Below, one piece after another: positions 9,684-19,204 of a stretch of DNA of 62,699 nucleotides. The stretch is from Thermoplasmata archaeon (GTDB taxonomy: Archaea > Thermoplasmatota > Thermoplasmata > Lutacidiplasmatales > UBA184). A program made the position numbers and the translations under genes. The notes under the pieces were generated by a model. The model was not told where the DNA came from. It did not search any database and saw only the letters and a program-made list of their open reading frames with translations. The stretch spans positions 1 to 62,699 of the forward strand of contig JBEKEY010000003.1 in assembly GCA_050013595.1 (NCBI GenBank), written 5' to 3'. Each line of letters opens with the position of its first letter. The first letter of the stretch is position 1.

Positions 9684-11162
9684 ATGGCGTCGCGCATCGA
9701 CACGAAGTTCGAACTTCTCATCGGCGGTCACGAGATTCCCGGGGCCCGAGGGGAGCACCGACCGGTGCTCGACCCCGCCTCCAACCAGCCGATGGCCGAG
9801 GTCGCGGTCGCCTCGCGGGACGACGCGCGCCACGCGATGGAGGTCGCCGACAAGGCCTTCCGCGAGTCCAACTGGGCGAGCGACGACGGGGCCCGTCGGG
9901 GGAAGGCGCTCTACCGTCTCGCCAACCTCCTCGAAGCTCAGGGAGAGGCGTTCGCCCGTCTCGAGACCCTCAACATGGGAAAGCCCCTGCGCGAGTCGCG
10001 GGGCGATATCGCCTACGTGGTTCGCACGCTCGAGTACTTCGCGGGCGCGGCCGACAAGGTCGAAGGCGAGACGATCCCCGTGCCGGGTCCCCGATTCGAC
10101 TACACGCTGCGCGAACCGCTCGGCGTCACGGTGCACATCGCCCCGTGGAACTATCCGCTGCTCCTCTCGATCCGGTCGGTCGCCCCGGCGCTCGCCGCCG
10201 GCAACGCGGTCGTCCTCAAGCCCGCGAGCCTCACTCCGCTCACCGCGATCGCCCTCGCGCGGCTCGCCCAGGAGGCGGGACTCCCCGACGGGATCCTCAA
10301 CGTGATCTCGGGGAGCGGCGGCGAGGTCGGAGAGGCGCTGATCGAGGACCCGCACTGCGCCTCCGTCACGTTCACCGGCAGCGGTGACGTAGGTCACCGC
10401 ATCGCCGAGCTCGCCGCGCGACGGTTCCTGCCGCTCACGCTCGAGCTCGGTGGGAAGGGCCCCGTGATCGTCTTTCCGGATGCCGACCTCGAGCGCGCGG
10501 CGAAGTCGGTCGGGTACGGGATCTTCGGGAACGCGGGCCAGATGTGCTGGGCGGCCTCCCGGCTCCTCGTCCACGAGAGCATTCGCGCTCCGTTCCTCGA
10601 GAAGATCCGAGGGATCGCGGAGAGCCTGAAGCTCGGACCCGGAGTGCTCGAGGGTGTCGAGATGGGTCCGCTCGTATCGAAGGAACAGGCGGACCGGGTC
10701 CTCGACTACGTCCGGGACGCGCGCGAGAGCGGCGGGACCCTCGTGGCGGGAGGGTCGAAGCCCGACGACCCGGCGCTCGCTCCGGGAAACTTCGTGCGCC
10801 CTACGATCCTCGCCGACGTGCCGGCGAGTTCCCGGGCGGTCCGCGAAGAGATCTTCGGACCGGTCCTCACGGTCTCCTCGTTCTCGGACGCGGACGAGGC
10901 GGTGCGGGTCGCGAACGATACGCCGTACGGTCTCCTCGCCGCGCTTTGGACCCGTGACCTCGCGACCGCCCACTCGGTCGCGCGCCGCCTCGAGAGCGGC
11001 ATGGTCGTCGTGAACGACTCTCCGACCACTTATCCCCAGACCCCCTTCGCCGGGGTCAAGTCGAGCGGGGTGGGGTTCGAGCAGGGAGTTCGCGCCCTGG
11101 ACACGTTCACCCGTCGCAAGAACGTTCTCGTGAACGTCGGCTCCGCCCGCAAGAAAGCGTGA
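9684..11162 (+). CDS. NAD(P)-dependent aldehyde dehydrogenase
   Basis: 492 aa with motifs LELGGKGP, GQMCWAASR and EEIFGPV. Confidence 0.9.
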   Translation: MASRIDTKFELLIGGHEIPGARGEHRPVLDPASNQPMAEVAVASRDDARHAMEVADKAFRESNWASDDGARRGKALYRLANLLEAQGEAFARLETLNMGKPLRESRGDIAYVVRTLEYFAGAADKVEGETIPVPGPRFDYTLREPLGVTVHIAPWNYPLLLSIRSVAPALAAGNAVVLKPASLTPLTAIALARLAQEAGLPDGILNVISGSGGEVGEALIEDPHCASVTFTGSGDVGHRIAELAARRFLPLTLELGGKGPVIVFPDADLERAAKSVGYGIFGNAGQMCWAASRLLVHESIRAPFLEKIRGIAESLKLGPGVLEGVEMGPLVSKEQADRVLDYVRDARESGGTLVAGGSKPDDPALAPGNFVRPTILADVPASSRAVREEIFGPVLTVSSFSDADEAVRVANDTPYGLLAALWTRDLATAHSVARRLESGMVVVNDSPTTYPQTPFAGVKSSGVGFEQGVRALDTFTRRKNVLVNVGSARKKA

Positions 11163-11241
11163 GACCCTGGCGCCTCCGCGGCGAGCGCCGTGGTTCGTAC
11201 GAAACCCCAAAAGGGGGCTGAGGGGGTCGAACCGGCCACCC

Positions 11242-11868
11242 GTGAGCGAAAACGTCCCTCACCCCGACGACTGGGGCATCTGCCGCTTCTGTGGCGTGGC
11301 GGTCGCTCCGGGGGCGACGAACTGCGGGATCTGCGGCGCGGACCATCCGCTCTCGGCCGCCGAGGCGGTGAACCCGCCCCGCAAGGTCCGCCGCTGGCTT
11401 CGGCTCACGGGGGCGTTCCGGATGATCATCATCGTCACGGTGGTCCTCGGGCTCGCCTACGCGATCCTGTCCGCCGAAGTGAGCGGACCGCCCAACCTGA
11501 CGAGCGACCCCCTCACCACCGCGGGCACCTACTCGATCGGTCCGGGTAACTACACCGTCATCTTCGGCGACATCACCGGCGGGGACTACGTGACGGGTAA
11601 CTTCACCGCGGTCGCGCCGGCCGGCGTCAACATCGCCCTCGCGGTCTACAATTCGAGTTCCTGGAACGAGTTCCATGCCGGGGCAGCGCCGACACCGCTC
11701 TACTCGGTGGGTCCGGCCTACAACGCCCAGCTCGTCTACTCGCCGATCGTGACGGACACCTACTACTTCGTCTTCACGAACCCCTACGCGCCGTCGAGCA
11801 ATCTCACGATCGGAGTGTACATCACGACGCTCTACAACGCGAACGTCGCGAACGACGGATTCGCGTAG
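11242..11868 (+). CDS. zinc-ribbon membrane-anchored protein with extracytoplasmic domain
   Basis: CRFCG...CGICG ribbon, one TM helix, and several N-x-S/T sequons (NLT, NYT, NFT, NSS). Confidence 0.6.
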   Translation: MSENVPHPDDWGICRFCGVAVAPGATNCGICGADHPLSAAEAVNPPRKVRRWLRLTGAFRMIIIVTVVLGLAYAILSAEVSGPPNLTSDPLTTAGTYSIGPGNYTVIFGDITGGDYVTGNFTAVAPAGVNIALAVYNSSSWNEFHAGAAPTPLYSVGPAYNAQLVYSPIVTDTYYFVFTNPYAPSSNLTIGVYITTLYNANVANDGFA

Positions 11869-11869
11869 G

Positions 11870-12547
11870 TCACGCGTCGGAGTCGCGTTCCGTCGTGTCG
11901 CCAGAGGTCACGACCGCGGTGGAGCGCTGCAGGTACTCGGGCGGGACCCGGTCGACGAGATAGACCGTCTTCCCGGCCTTCATGATCACGAGGCCGTCGG
12001 CCCGAGCGCGCTTCGCGTCCACTTCGAGGATGACTGGTTGCGGCGTCCGGACCGCTCCCGCCGCATGGGCGTCCCCGGCCGTCTTCGACAGGTGGACCTT
12101 CTTGCGGTCGGACGGCTTCAATCCGACCTCGAGGACGATCGTCGCCTCTTCTTCGGTGACCGGGTAGTACAGTTGGTCGGGGATGTTCTCCGTGGGAAGG
12201 TCGAGCTCCACCTCGACCGTGTGCCCGTAGGTGGCCCGCATCCGGTCGTCCCGGACCTCGTAGCGGCCCTTCGCGTCCGTCTCGGCGATCGCGAGGAGAT
12301 GCTGGGGACGCAGCCAGTGGTAGGCCGGGTGCTTTTGCGAGATCGCCCGGACGATCTGGGGGACCGCGACCCAGCCCTGGGGGTCGATGGGGAGCTGGTA
12401 GCGGTCCGGGAAATGCCGCAGGATCCCCGTCAGGACCCGACCGAGGTGGTCGAGCTCCCGGTCGTTCATCAGGAACCTCCCGGGTTGGCCGCAGACCGGG
12501 CAGTTCTCCGCCCGGAAGTACCCGTGCTGTGCGCACTCCTTCAGCAT
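11870..12547 (-). CDS. kptA: RNA 2'-phosphotransferase (Tpt1/KptA) with extra N-terminal zinc knuckle
   Basis: LGRVLTGILRHFP and KKVHLS motifs. N-terminal C-x2-H-x7-C-x2-C. Confidence 0.8.
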   Translation of the reverse strand: MLKECAQHGYFRAENCPVCGQPGRFLMNDRELDHLGRVLTGILRHFPDRYQLPIDPQGWVAVPQIVRAISQKHPAYHWLRPQHLLAIAETDAKGRYEVRDDRMRATYGHTVEVELDLPTENIPDQLYYPVTEEEATIVLEVGLKPSDRKKVHLSKTAGDAHAAGAVRTPQPVILEVDAKRARADGLVIMKAGKTVYLVDRVPPEYLQRSTAVVTSGDTTERDSDA

Positions 12548-12563
12548 CGCCCCGGCTCGCTCT

Positions 12564-12851
12564 CTAGGCCTTGACCTTGTCCGCTTTCTTCTCGAAGTCG
12601 GTGAGAAGGTCCCCGTAGAGGTCGGTCAGGTCCTTGAGGACCCGCTTCAGGACCTGCTGGGGCTTCTCGCCCTTCGTCTTGAGGTAGAGGGTGGGCTTGT
12701 CGAGGTACGGGTGGCCGAGGTAGTAGCGCGCCTCGACGACCTTCTCCTCCTTCTGGAGCGCCTCGACGAGCGGAATGAGCAGCGTCTCCTCGCCCTTCGG
12801 GAACTCGACCCGGAGGAGGTCGTGCTCCTTCTCCACGACGCGAAGCTCCAT
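12564..12851 (-). CDS. rpoL: DNA-directed RNA polymerase subunit L (Rpo11)
   Basis: MELRVVEKEHDLLRVEFPKGEETLLIPLVEAL...YYLGHPYLDKP. ATG at 12851 inside track ORF 12564..12896. Confidence 0.85.
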   Translation of the reverse strand: MELRVVEKEHDLLRVEFPKGEETLLIPLVEALQKEEKVVEARYYLGHPYLDKPTLYLKTKGEKPQQVLKRVLKDLTDLYGDLLTDFEKKADKVKA

Positions 12852-12981
12852 CGATGGCACCGGAAGCCGGGCCACTTGCGAGCGCTTCTTAAGCATGGCG
12901 GGACGGAAGGGGGCCGTGCCGGCCGGCGACGCGCCGCGCCGACGCCCATATAACTTTCATCGACTCCTCCGACGCGCATCC

Positions 12982-14388
12982 ATGCGATTCCTCGTGGTGG
13001 GCGGGGGTGCCCGTGAACACTCGATCGCCCTCGCGCTCGAACGGGCGGAGGCGAAGGTCGTGGTGGCGAGCGCGAACGCGAACCCGGGGCTCGAGCGGAT
13101 CGCCTCGGCGTCCTCCCGGCTCGACCCGACGAACGCGAGCGCGGTGGTTGCGTTCGCGAAGCAGTCGCACGTCGAATGCGCGGTGATCGGACCGGAAGCT
13201 CCGCTCGCGGCGGGCGTCGCGGACGCCCTGCGCGCCGCGGGCATCGCCACGGTCGGGCCCGACCGCGCGGCTGCCCAGATCGAGAGCTCGAAACTGTTCT
13301 GCCGGGAACTCCTCCAGCGGCACGGGGTCGACGGCCAGCCGCACTTCGCGGCCCCCGCGACCGCGGAGGAAGTCGACCGCGCCGTCGCGGGATTCTCCGG
13401 TCCGTTCGTCGTGAAGCCGAGCGGTCTCACGGCCGGCAAGGGCGTCTGGGTCCAGGGCTCTGACTTTACCGACCCCAAGGAGGGGGCGGCCTACGCGAAA
13501 TCGATCCTGATCCAGGGCCAGCGGGTCCTGCTCGAGGAGAAACTGGAGGGCGAGGAGTTCAGCCAGATGGCCTTCGTGACCGATTCCGGGGTCTATCCGA
13601 TGCCCGCGGTCCAGGACTTCAAGCGAGCGCTCGAGGGCGACCGTGGGGGGAACACCGGCGGCATGGGGTCGTACTCCCAGCGCGACCACCTCCTGCCGTT
13701 CCTCTCCGCAGCGGACCGGGACCGGGCGATCGCGATCCTCGAAAAGACGGCCGCGGCGTTGTGCGTGGAAGGACTCTCCTATCGCGGGATCCTCTACGGC
13801 GGTTTCATGCTCACGGCGAACGGTCCCAAGCTGCTCGAATTCAACGCACGGTTCGGCGACCCCGAGGGGATCAACGCGCTCACGCTCTACGAGGAGGGAG
13901 ACTTCGCCGACCTCCTCTACGGGGTCGCCTCGGGGAAGGTCGACCCGAACCTGGTCCAGTTCCGCCGCCGAGCGACCGTCGTGAAGTACGTCGTCCCCCC
14001 CGGATACGGGGACCGGTCGAGGCCGGGAGGTCTGGTCACGGTCGACGCGGGCGCCATCGAGGCCGCCGGGGTCCACCTCCTGTACGGGAGCGTCGACGCC
14101 GCGGGCCCGGCGACCGTGCGCCTCGGCACGTCCCGCGGGCTCGCTCTGGTCGGCGAGGCGAGCGCGATCCACGAGGCCGGCACGCGGGTCGAGGCCGCCC
14201 TCGCCTTCGTCCAAGGCGAGTACTACGTACGGCACGACATCGGGACGAAGGAGGACCTCGCCCGGCGCTGGGAGCATATGCGGAAGATCCTCGCTCCGAA
14301 TGCCAAAGCCTCGCCGCTTCCGCTGTCCGTCGCTCCGGCCGCGGCCCCGCCGTCGAGCGCCGGCTCCCCCGAGCAGGTCATCGGCTGA
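12982..14388 (+). CDS. purD: phosphoribosylamine-glycine ligase
   Basis: MRFLVVGGGAREH start at ATG 12982, followed by an ATP-grasp body. Ala/Pro-rich C-terminal extension. Confidence 0.9.
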   Translation: MRFLVVGGGAREHSIALALERAEAKVVVASANANPGLERIASASSRLDPTNASAVVAFAKQSHVECAVIGPEAPLAAGVADALRAAGIATVGPDRAAAQIESSKLFCRELLQRHGVDGQPHFAAPATAEEVDRAVAGFSGPFVVKPSGLTAGKGVWVQGSDFTDPKEGAAYAKSILIQGQRVLLEEKLEGEEFSQMAFVTDSGVYPMPAVQDFKRALEGDRGGNTGGMGSYSQRDHLLPFLSAADRDRAIAILEKTAAALCVEGLSYRGILYGGFMLTANGPKLLEFNARFGDPEGINALTLYEEGDFADLLYGVASGKVDPNLVQFRRRATVVKYVVPPGYGDRSRPGGLVTVDAGAIEAAGVHLLYGSVDAAGPATVRLGTSRGLALVGEASAIHEAGTRVEAALAFVQGEYYVRHDIGTKEDLARRWEHMRKILAPNAKASPLPLSVAPAAAPPSSAGSPEQVIG

Positions 14389-14443
14389 GCCGCGGCCGGC
14401 CAAGCGTCAAATACCGCACCACCGCTTTCTGAGACCTCCGGCC

Positions 14444-14755
14444 ATGTTCTGTCCCTCCTGCAAGCGGTTGATGCGCCCCGACCGCCCCGCCGGCGTATGG
14501 CGGTGCTCGGCCTGCGGGAAGGAGGTCCCGCTGGGTCGCGGGGTCGAGGTGCGCCAGACCGACGCGAGCGGCCGCGGCAAGGTCGCGGTCGTCGAGGTCA
14601 AGCACGTCACCCTTCCGAAGGCCGAAGAGACCTGCCCGAAGTGCGAGAACGGGGAAGCGTACTGGGTGCTGCGGCAAACGCGCGGCTCCGACGAACCCGA
14701 GACCCGGATCTTCGAGTGCACGAAGTGCGGTCACAAATGGAGGGAGTACTCGTGA
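14444..14755 (+). CDS. tfs: transcription factor S / RNAP subunit M
   Basis: MFCPSCKRL...CSACG N-terminal ribbon and CPKC...RGSDEPETRIFECTKCGHKW C-terminal ribbon. Confidence 0.85.
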   Translation: MFCPSCKRLMRPDRPAGVWRCSACGKEVPLGRGVEVRQTDASGRGKVAVVEVKHVTLPKAEETCPKCENGEAYWVLRQTRGSDEPETRIFECTKCGHKWREYS

Positions 14756-16056
14756 GCGTTCCCGCGTTCGACTCCGTCGCCCGCGTGTTCGCCCCGGACG
14801 CACTGGGCACCACCGTCCGCCTCCGGGGTTGGGTGTTGCGGACCCGATCGTCGGGAGGGATCCTGTTCATGGTTCTGCGCGACCGCACGGGGGTCGTCCA
14901 GGTGACCGGTCGTCGCGACGCGCTCGGGGAGGAGGCGTTCACGGCCGCTGAGCACGTGCAGATCGAGGGCGCGGTGTCGGTCGAGGGAACCGTCGCCGAG
15001 GACCGGCGAGCCCCGGACGGACGGGAGGTTCGCGCCAGTCGGATCACCGTGATCGATTCCGGCGAGCCGTTCCCCATCTTCTCCGACCAGACCGAGGAGT
15101 TCCTGCTCGACCAGCGTCACCTCGCCATCCGGTCCCAGGAGAACGTGGCGATCTTCCGCGTGAAGGCCGAGCTCCTGCGCGCGTTCCGTGAGTTCCTCGA
15201 CCGGGAGGATGTGCTCGAGATGACCCCGCCGATCATTTCGGGGAACGCCGCGGAGGGAGGTTCGGAGGCGTTCCAGATCGACTACTTCGGCCGCCCCGGC
15301 TATCTCTCCCAGACCGCCCAGCTCTACCTCGAGGCGCTCCTCTTCCCGCACGAGAGGGTCTACGCGCTCACCCCCTCGTTCCGCGCCGAGAAGTCGCGCA
15401 CCCCACGGCACATCACCGAGTTCATGATGCTCGAGGTCGAACTCGCCTGGTGCGACCTCGCGGGCCTCCTCGACTTCACGGAACGGATGCTCGTCTCCGC
15501 CGTTCACGCGGTCGCCGAACGCCGGCCGAAAGAGCTGAAGGCACTCGGTCGGCCGCCCGACGAGCTGCTGCGCATCCGCGCCCCGTTCGAGCGGATCCGT
15601 TACGCGGAAGCGATCGTGCGTCTCGAAAAGCTCGGCTTGCCGGTACATTTCGGCAGCGACCTCGGCACCGCCGAGGAGCGCGCGCTCACCCTCGAGAGCG
15701 CGTCGCCCCTCTTCGTCACGCACTATCCCCGGGAGCTGAAGGCGTTCTACATGCTCCGCTCGTCCGACGACCCGCGCACGGCGGAAGCGGCGGACCTCCT
15801 CGGTCCCGAAGGGTACGGGGAGATCGTGGGCGCCTCCTGCCGGGAGACCGACATCGCGCTCCTGAAGGAACGGATCGTCCAGGTCGGCGCGAAGACCGAG
15901 GAGTACGAGTGGTATCTCGACCTCCGTCGCCACGGCAACGTCCCGCACGCAGGGTTCGGCCTCGGGGTCGAGCGGGTCCTCCGCTGGATGCTCCGTCGCG
16001 AGCACATCCGCGATACGACGCCGTTCCCGCGGACCCCATCCCGACACACGCCGTGA
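14752..16056 (+). CDS. asnS: class IIb aminoacyl-tRNA synthetase, most likely asparaginyl-tRNA synthetase
   Basis: The GTG at 14752 overlaps the tfs stop (GTGA). Motifs FRAEKSRTPRHITEF and GFGLGVERVLRWML. The Asn versus Asp choice is based on the FRAEKS.T.RH signature only. Confidence 0.75.
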   Translation: MSVPAFDSVARVFAPDALGTTVRLRGWVLRTRSSGGILFMVLRDRTGVVQVTGRRDALGEEAFTAAEHVQIEGAVSVEGTVAEDRRAPDGREVRASRITVIDSGEPFPIFSDQTEEFLLDQRHLAIRSQENVAIFRVKAELLRAFREFLDREDVLEMTPPIISGNAAEGGSEAFQIDYFGRPGYLSQTAQLYLEALLFPHERVYALTPSFRAEKSRTPRHITEFMMLEVELAWCDLAGLLDFTERMLVSAVHAVAERRPKELKALGRPPDELLRIRAPFERIRYAEAIVRLEKLGLPVHFGSDLGTAEERALTLESASPLFVTHYPRELKAFYMLRSSDDPRTAEAADLLGPEGYGEIVGASCRETDIALLKERIVQVGAKTEEYEWYLDLRRHGNVPHAGFGLGVERVLRWMLRREHIRDTTPFPRTPSRHTP

Positions 16057-16155
16057 GCGGACGCTCGTCGCCCGCGACGTCCGGCGAAATCGTGAGCAAC
16101 GTTCAAGAGTGGCCGTGCGTCTCCACGGTCAGGCTCACCCGTCGGAGATCATAGA

Positions 16156-16689
16156 GTGGCAACAGAGCAGGTACCGGTTCGGGGCGGCGAACGCTCGGGG
16201 ACCCCGACCGAGAAGACGCCCACCGTGATCTCGGTCGAACGGATCACGCACGAGGACGTGCCGGCGATCTGCGCGCTCTATAAGCGGGTCTGGGACCCGG
16301 CCCCGCCCGGCGTCCCCGCCGACTTCGTGAAGACGTGGCAGCCCTCCGCGCTCGAGTTCACGAGCTGGATGGAAGGCGTGACGTACTTCGCCGCCCGCAA
16401 GGACGGGCGCGTGGTCGGGGTGCTCGGTTGCGAGATCCGCCACGCGAGCTGCCGGATGATGGACCTCGCGGTCGACCCCGAGACCCGTCGCCAGGGCGTG
16501 GCGACCGCGCTCGTCGCGGCCGCGGTCGAATGGGCGAAGAAGTCGAACGCCTCGTCGATCTGGATCGATTCCCTGAGCCGGTTTGCGCCGGCCACTGCGC
16601 TCTTCCAGCACCTCGGGTTCGCACAGGCGGGCCTGCTCCGTAAGCACGAGTGGGGCGAGGACGTCCACCTCTTCGAGCGGGTCCTCTAG
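16156..16689 (+). CDS. GNAT N-acetyltransferase
   Basis: RRQGVATALVAAAVEWAKK acetyl-CoA binding motif. Confidence 0.75.
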   Translation: MATEQVPVRGGERSGTPTEKTPTVISVERITHEDVPAICALYKRVWDPAPPGVPADFVKTWQPSALEFTSWMEGVTYFAARKDGRVVGVLGCEIRHASCRMMDLAVDPETRRQGVATALVAAAVEWAKKSNASSIWIDSLSRFAPATALFQHLGFAQAGLLRKHEWGEDVHLFERVL

Positions 16690-16702
16690 GGCTTCGAACG
16701 TT

Positions 16703-17695
16703 TCACCGGGCGGCGCCGGCCGCCGGCCGGTTCGGCGGGAGACCATGGCTCTGCTGGAGCGCCCGCAGCCGACGGACCCCGTCCTCGGGGCGGCCGCGAA
16801 AGAACTCGCGCGCGCCCCGCGCGAGCTCGATCGCCTCGAGCTCGGTCGCGACCCCGTGTCCCCGCTCGCTCAGGAGGTAGTCGCCGTACTCGGAGATGTA
16901 CTGCGGGAGCCCCGCCTTGAGACGTGTCACGGCCTGGAGGCGGATGGCACGGATCTGCTGCTTCAGCGCGGCGAGCTTTCCGGCCCGGAGCTCGCTCTCG
17001 AGGTCGTCCGCGACCTCGGTGGACTCCTGAGGTGGCTCGATCCCGAGCGCCTGCATATCGTGCAGGAGGGCGATGACCCGTTCGAGCTCCTCGCGAGCCT
17101 GGTCGAGATGTTTCTCCTTGAGCGTCACGACCCGGTCGACCTGCTGGAACGACGAGAGCGCCTGGGCGACGTCGCCCGTTCGGGCGGAATGCAACGCGTC
17201 CTCGATCTGGTCCCGTTCGAGACGACTGTCGACCGAGTAGGCCTCGAGCCGGGTAAGGCGGGCTTTCGTGCGTTTCTCCCACTCCTCGAACGCGGTGATG
17301 ACCCGCTTCTGCGCGATGCGCTCGATCCCGCGGACGACCTCCGCCCACGGCTCGGGGTTCGAGGTGCTCCTCGCGGCCTCCTCGGCCCACGCCGGTAGGC
17401 GCGGAAGCTGAACGCCGAGAGATTGAACCCCTTCCGCCCACTGATTGAGTCGAGCGAGACGACGGGTGAGCTCGGTCGAGAACGGGTTCGGGGGTTCGGG
17501 ACCCGCGGGTCGGCCCGTCCGCGTCGGCGGCGCCCGACGGGTCGAGGGCAGCTCGGTGACCGGGGCAGGGATCCCCGGCGCGGGCAGCGGCAGGTCGTCG
17601 AGGAACGTATGGCATTCGGGGCAGACGAGCGTGTCCGGGGGGATCGTCGCCCCGCACTTCGGGCAGACCACGCCTTCCTCTGCCATGGATCGCAC
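16703..17695 (-). CDS. zinc-ribbon protein with long helical (coiled-coil-like) domain, function unknown
   Basis: CPKCG...CPECH ribbon, a Pro-rich linker, then about 230 aa rich in E/R/L/A. Confidence 0.5.
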   Translation of the reverse strand: MRSMAEEGVVCPKCGATIPPDTLVCPECHTFLDDLPLPAPGIPAPVTELPSTRRAPPTRTGRPAGPEPPNPFSTELTRRLARLNQWAEGVQSLGVQLPRLPAWAEEAARSTSNPEPWAEVVRGIERIAQKRVITAFEEWEKRTKARLTRLEAYSVDSRLERDQIEDALHSARTGDVAQALSSFQQVDRVVTLKEKHLDQAREELERVIALLHDMQALGIEPPQESTEVADDLESELRAGKLAALKQQIRAIRLQAVTRLKAGLPQYISEYGDYLLSERGHGVATELEAIELARGAREFFRGRPEDGVRRLRALQQSHGLPPNRPAAGAAR

Positions 17696-17835
17696 GAGAT
17701 ACAGGTTCGCAGGCTCTTAAAACGCAAGTTGCCCGGGAACCGCCGCCCGTGCGACTCGTTCCGACGGCCCCCCGCAGGGAGACCCGTCCATGGTTTCGTA
17801 TATCTGCCTTCCCCGTTCCCCCGTGAGGGCTCGGG

Positions 17836-18279
17836 TTGACGGCGGTCGATGGTGCTCGAAGGTCCCGGCTCTTCGATCTCCGGACGTGGCACTGGATAGC
17901 ATTCGGAGTCTTCGTAGCGCTGACCGCCATGGTCGTGATGCTGGCGGTCCTCGCCGACCTGGGAACGGCAGGCGCACCGACGATCGCCGGAGGGCTGGCC
18001 CTCCCCGTCGAGGTATTCTTGGCGCTGGGGGCGGTCCTCGGTGTGACCGTGCTGTCCATGGTCATGCTGTACTGGGGATGGCCCTGGGAGAGCGGGGGGC
18101 CATCAGCCCGAGCCGCCGGCCCGGTCCGATGGGGCCGACCCGGAATTGACGACCCCGCGGTGATCCTCGCTCGCGAACGGTTCGCTCGAGGTGAGATCAC
18201 CCAAGAAGAGTACGATCAGACCTTGATCGATCTCGCGCGGCGAGGTCGGGGCCCCGGTGGGCCGCTCTCGGGTTCATGA
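17836..18279 (+). CDS. membrane protein with C-terminal SHOCT domain
   Basis: Two or three TM helices, then ILARERFARGEITQEEYDQTLIDL (SHOCT-like). Confidence 0.6.
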   Translation: MTAVDGARRSRLFDLRTWHWIAFGVFVALTAMVVMLAVLADLGTAGAPTIAGGLALPVEVFLALGAVLGVTVLSMVMLYWGWPWESGGPSARAAGPVRWGRPGIDDPAVILARERFARGEITQEEYDQTLIDLARRGRGPGGPLSGS

Positions 18280-18368
18280 CCCGCCCCATGCCCAGGGCAT
18301 GAGCTCCCGGGCAGGTCGTCCGTCATCGACGAACGAGTCCTAGTAACGCGAGCAGGGCGGAAAGAATG

Positions 18369-18385
18369 AGGTGCAGGGGGTGTGA
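18369..18385. repeat. direct repeat copying the 3' end of tRNA-Leu(GAG) (att-like, left)
   Basis: AGGTGCAGGGGGTG is identical to 28956-28969, and 16 of 17 positions match over 18369-18385 against 28956-28972. With gaps, similarity extends into a decayed T-arm (GGAG..GA..TTCA..CACCCCC). Confidence 0.5.
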
Positions 18386-18528
18386 ATCCTCCTTTGGTTC
18401 AGTTCATCGCACCGCCGGGCAGCAATCCCTCCCCCGGGGCGACCACCCCTTACACAACCCTCTAGTCAGACAAAGGTCAGCGACCCGGGGGAAGGAGCCG
18501 GACCCACACTAGCCGCCCCTTGACGAAA

Positions 18529-18582
18529 GACGCGCGCGGCCGATAATGGGATCGCAATCTGCGCGCGGGACCGGACAAATGG
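18529..18582 (+). repeat. GC-clamped hairpin motif, copy A
   Basis: GACGCGCGCGGCCGATAATGGGATCGCAATCTGCGCGCGGGACCGGACAAATGG. Confidence 0.8.
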
Positions 18583-18726
18583 CATGCGCTATTAGTCGGT
18601 GGATGCGACGTGGTCTCGAAACAGGCGAGATGCGATCCCACGGACTACGGCGTCAACGGGCCGGGTCGTGTCGATTCCGATACCTCAATCGAATCCAGAG
18701 GCTTGGGCATAGACTCTCTTCGTTGC

Positions 18727-18948
18727 TCATGGTTTGACCAATTTCCGCTTGAAAAAATAGGCGATTGCACTGGTCACCCAAGCAATCACCAATCCGATCC
18801 CAATTCCCTTCAGGTAGAGGCTGCCGGTAAGATAGGACAATGAAAGGAAGACCCCGCTCAGAACCAACTCGAACACGATGAGCACCGTATCCAACCTTCT
18901 CAAAAGGGCAACTCGCCATGGTGACCCGAGGATGCTGTTTTTCTCCAT
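18727..18948 (-). CDS. small two-TM membrane protein
   Basis: 73 aa, two hydrophobic helices, low GC. Lies between motif copies A and B. Confidence 0.45.
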   Translation of the reverse strand: MEKNSILGSPWRVALLRRLDTVLIVFELVLSGVFLSLSYLTGSLYLKGIGIGLVIAWVTSAIAYFFKRKLVKP

Positions 18949-19084
18949 GTTTTTCTTCCCCGGTTCTCGTAGGACTTTCGGCTAGGGTGAGCGTTCGAGG
19001 CATGAAACTGCGATGCCTCTTATGCGTGTGTACTCCGGGTCATCGTCCTCGACTGACGCGACATGGAGTGCTGGCTAGATCTGG

Positions 19085-19130
19085 GACGCGCGCGGCCGAT
19101 GGCATGACCGCAATCAGCGCGCGAGGACGG
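19085..19130 (+). repeat. GC-clamped hairpin motif, copy B
   Basis: GACGCGCGCGGCCGATGGCATGACCGCAATCAGCGCGCGAGGACGG. Confidence 0.8.
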
Positions 19131-19204
19131 GATGCGCCCCGGCCCTGCGGATTCATACGAGCCCGCGAGCGGGTAAGCGGTAGTTACACTCTCATTACGA
19201 GGGA

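Noticed and set aside
19085-19130. Island hairpin motif as a fluoride (crcB) riboswitch
   Set aside because: There is superficial similarity (CGAUGAG...CAAnC.GC), but the pseudoknot partner and the conserved 3' CUGAUG..CCU segment are missing. Only some copies precede a same-strand gene. The downstream 4-TM protein lacks CrcB motifs.
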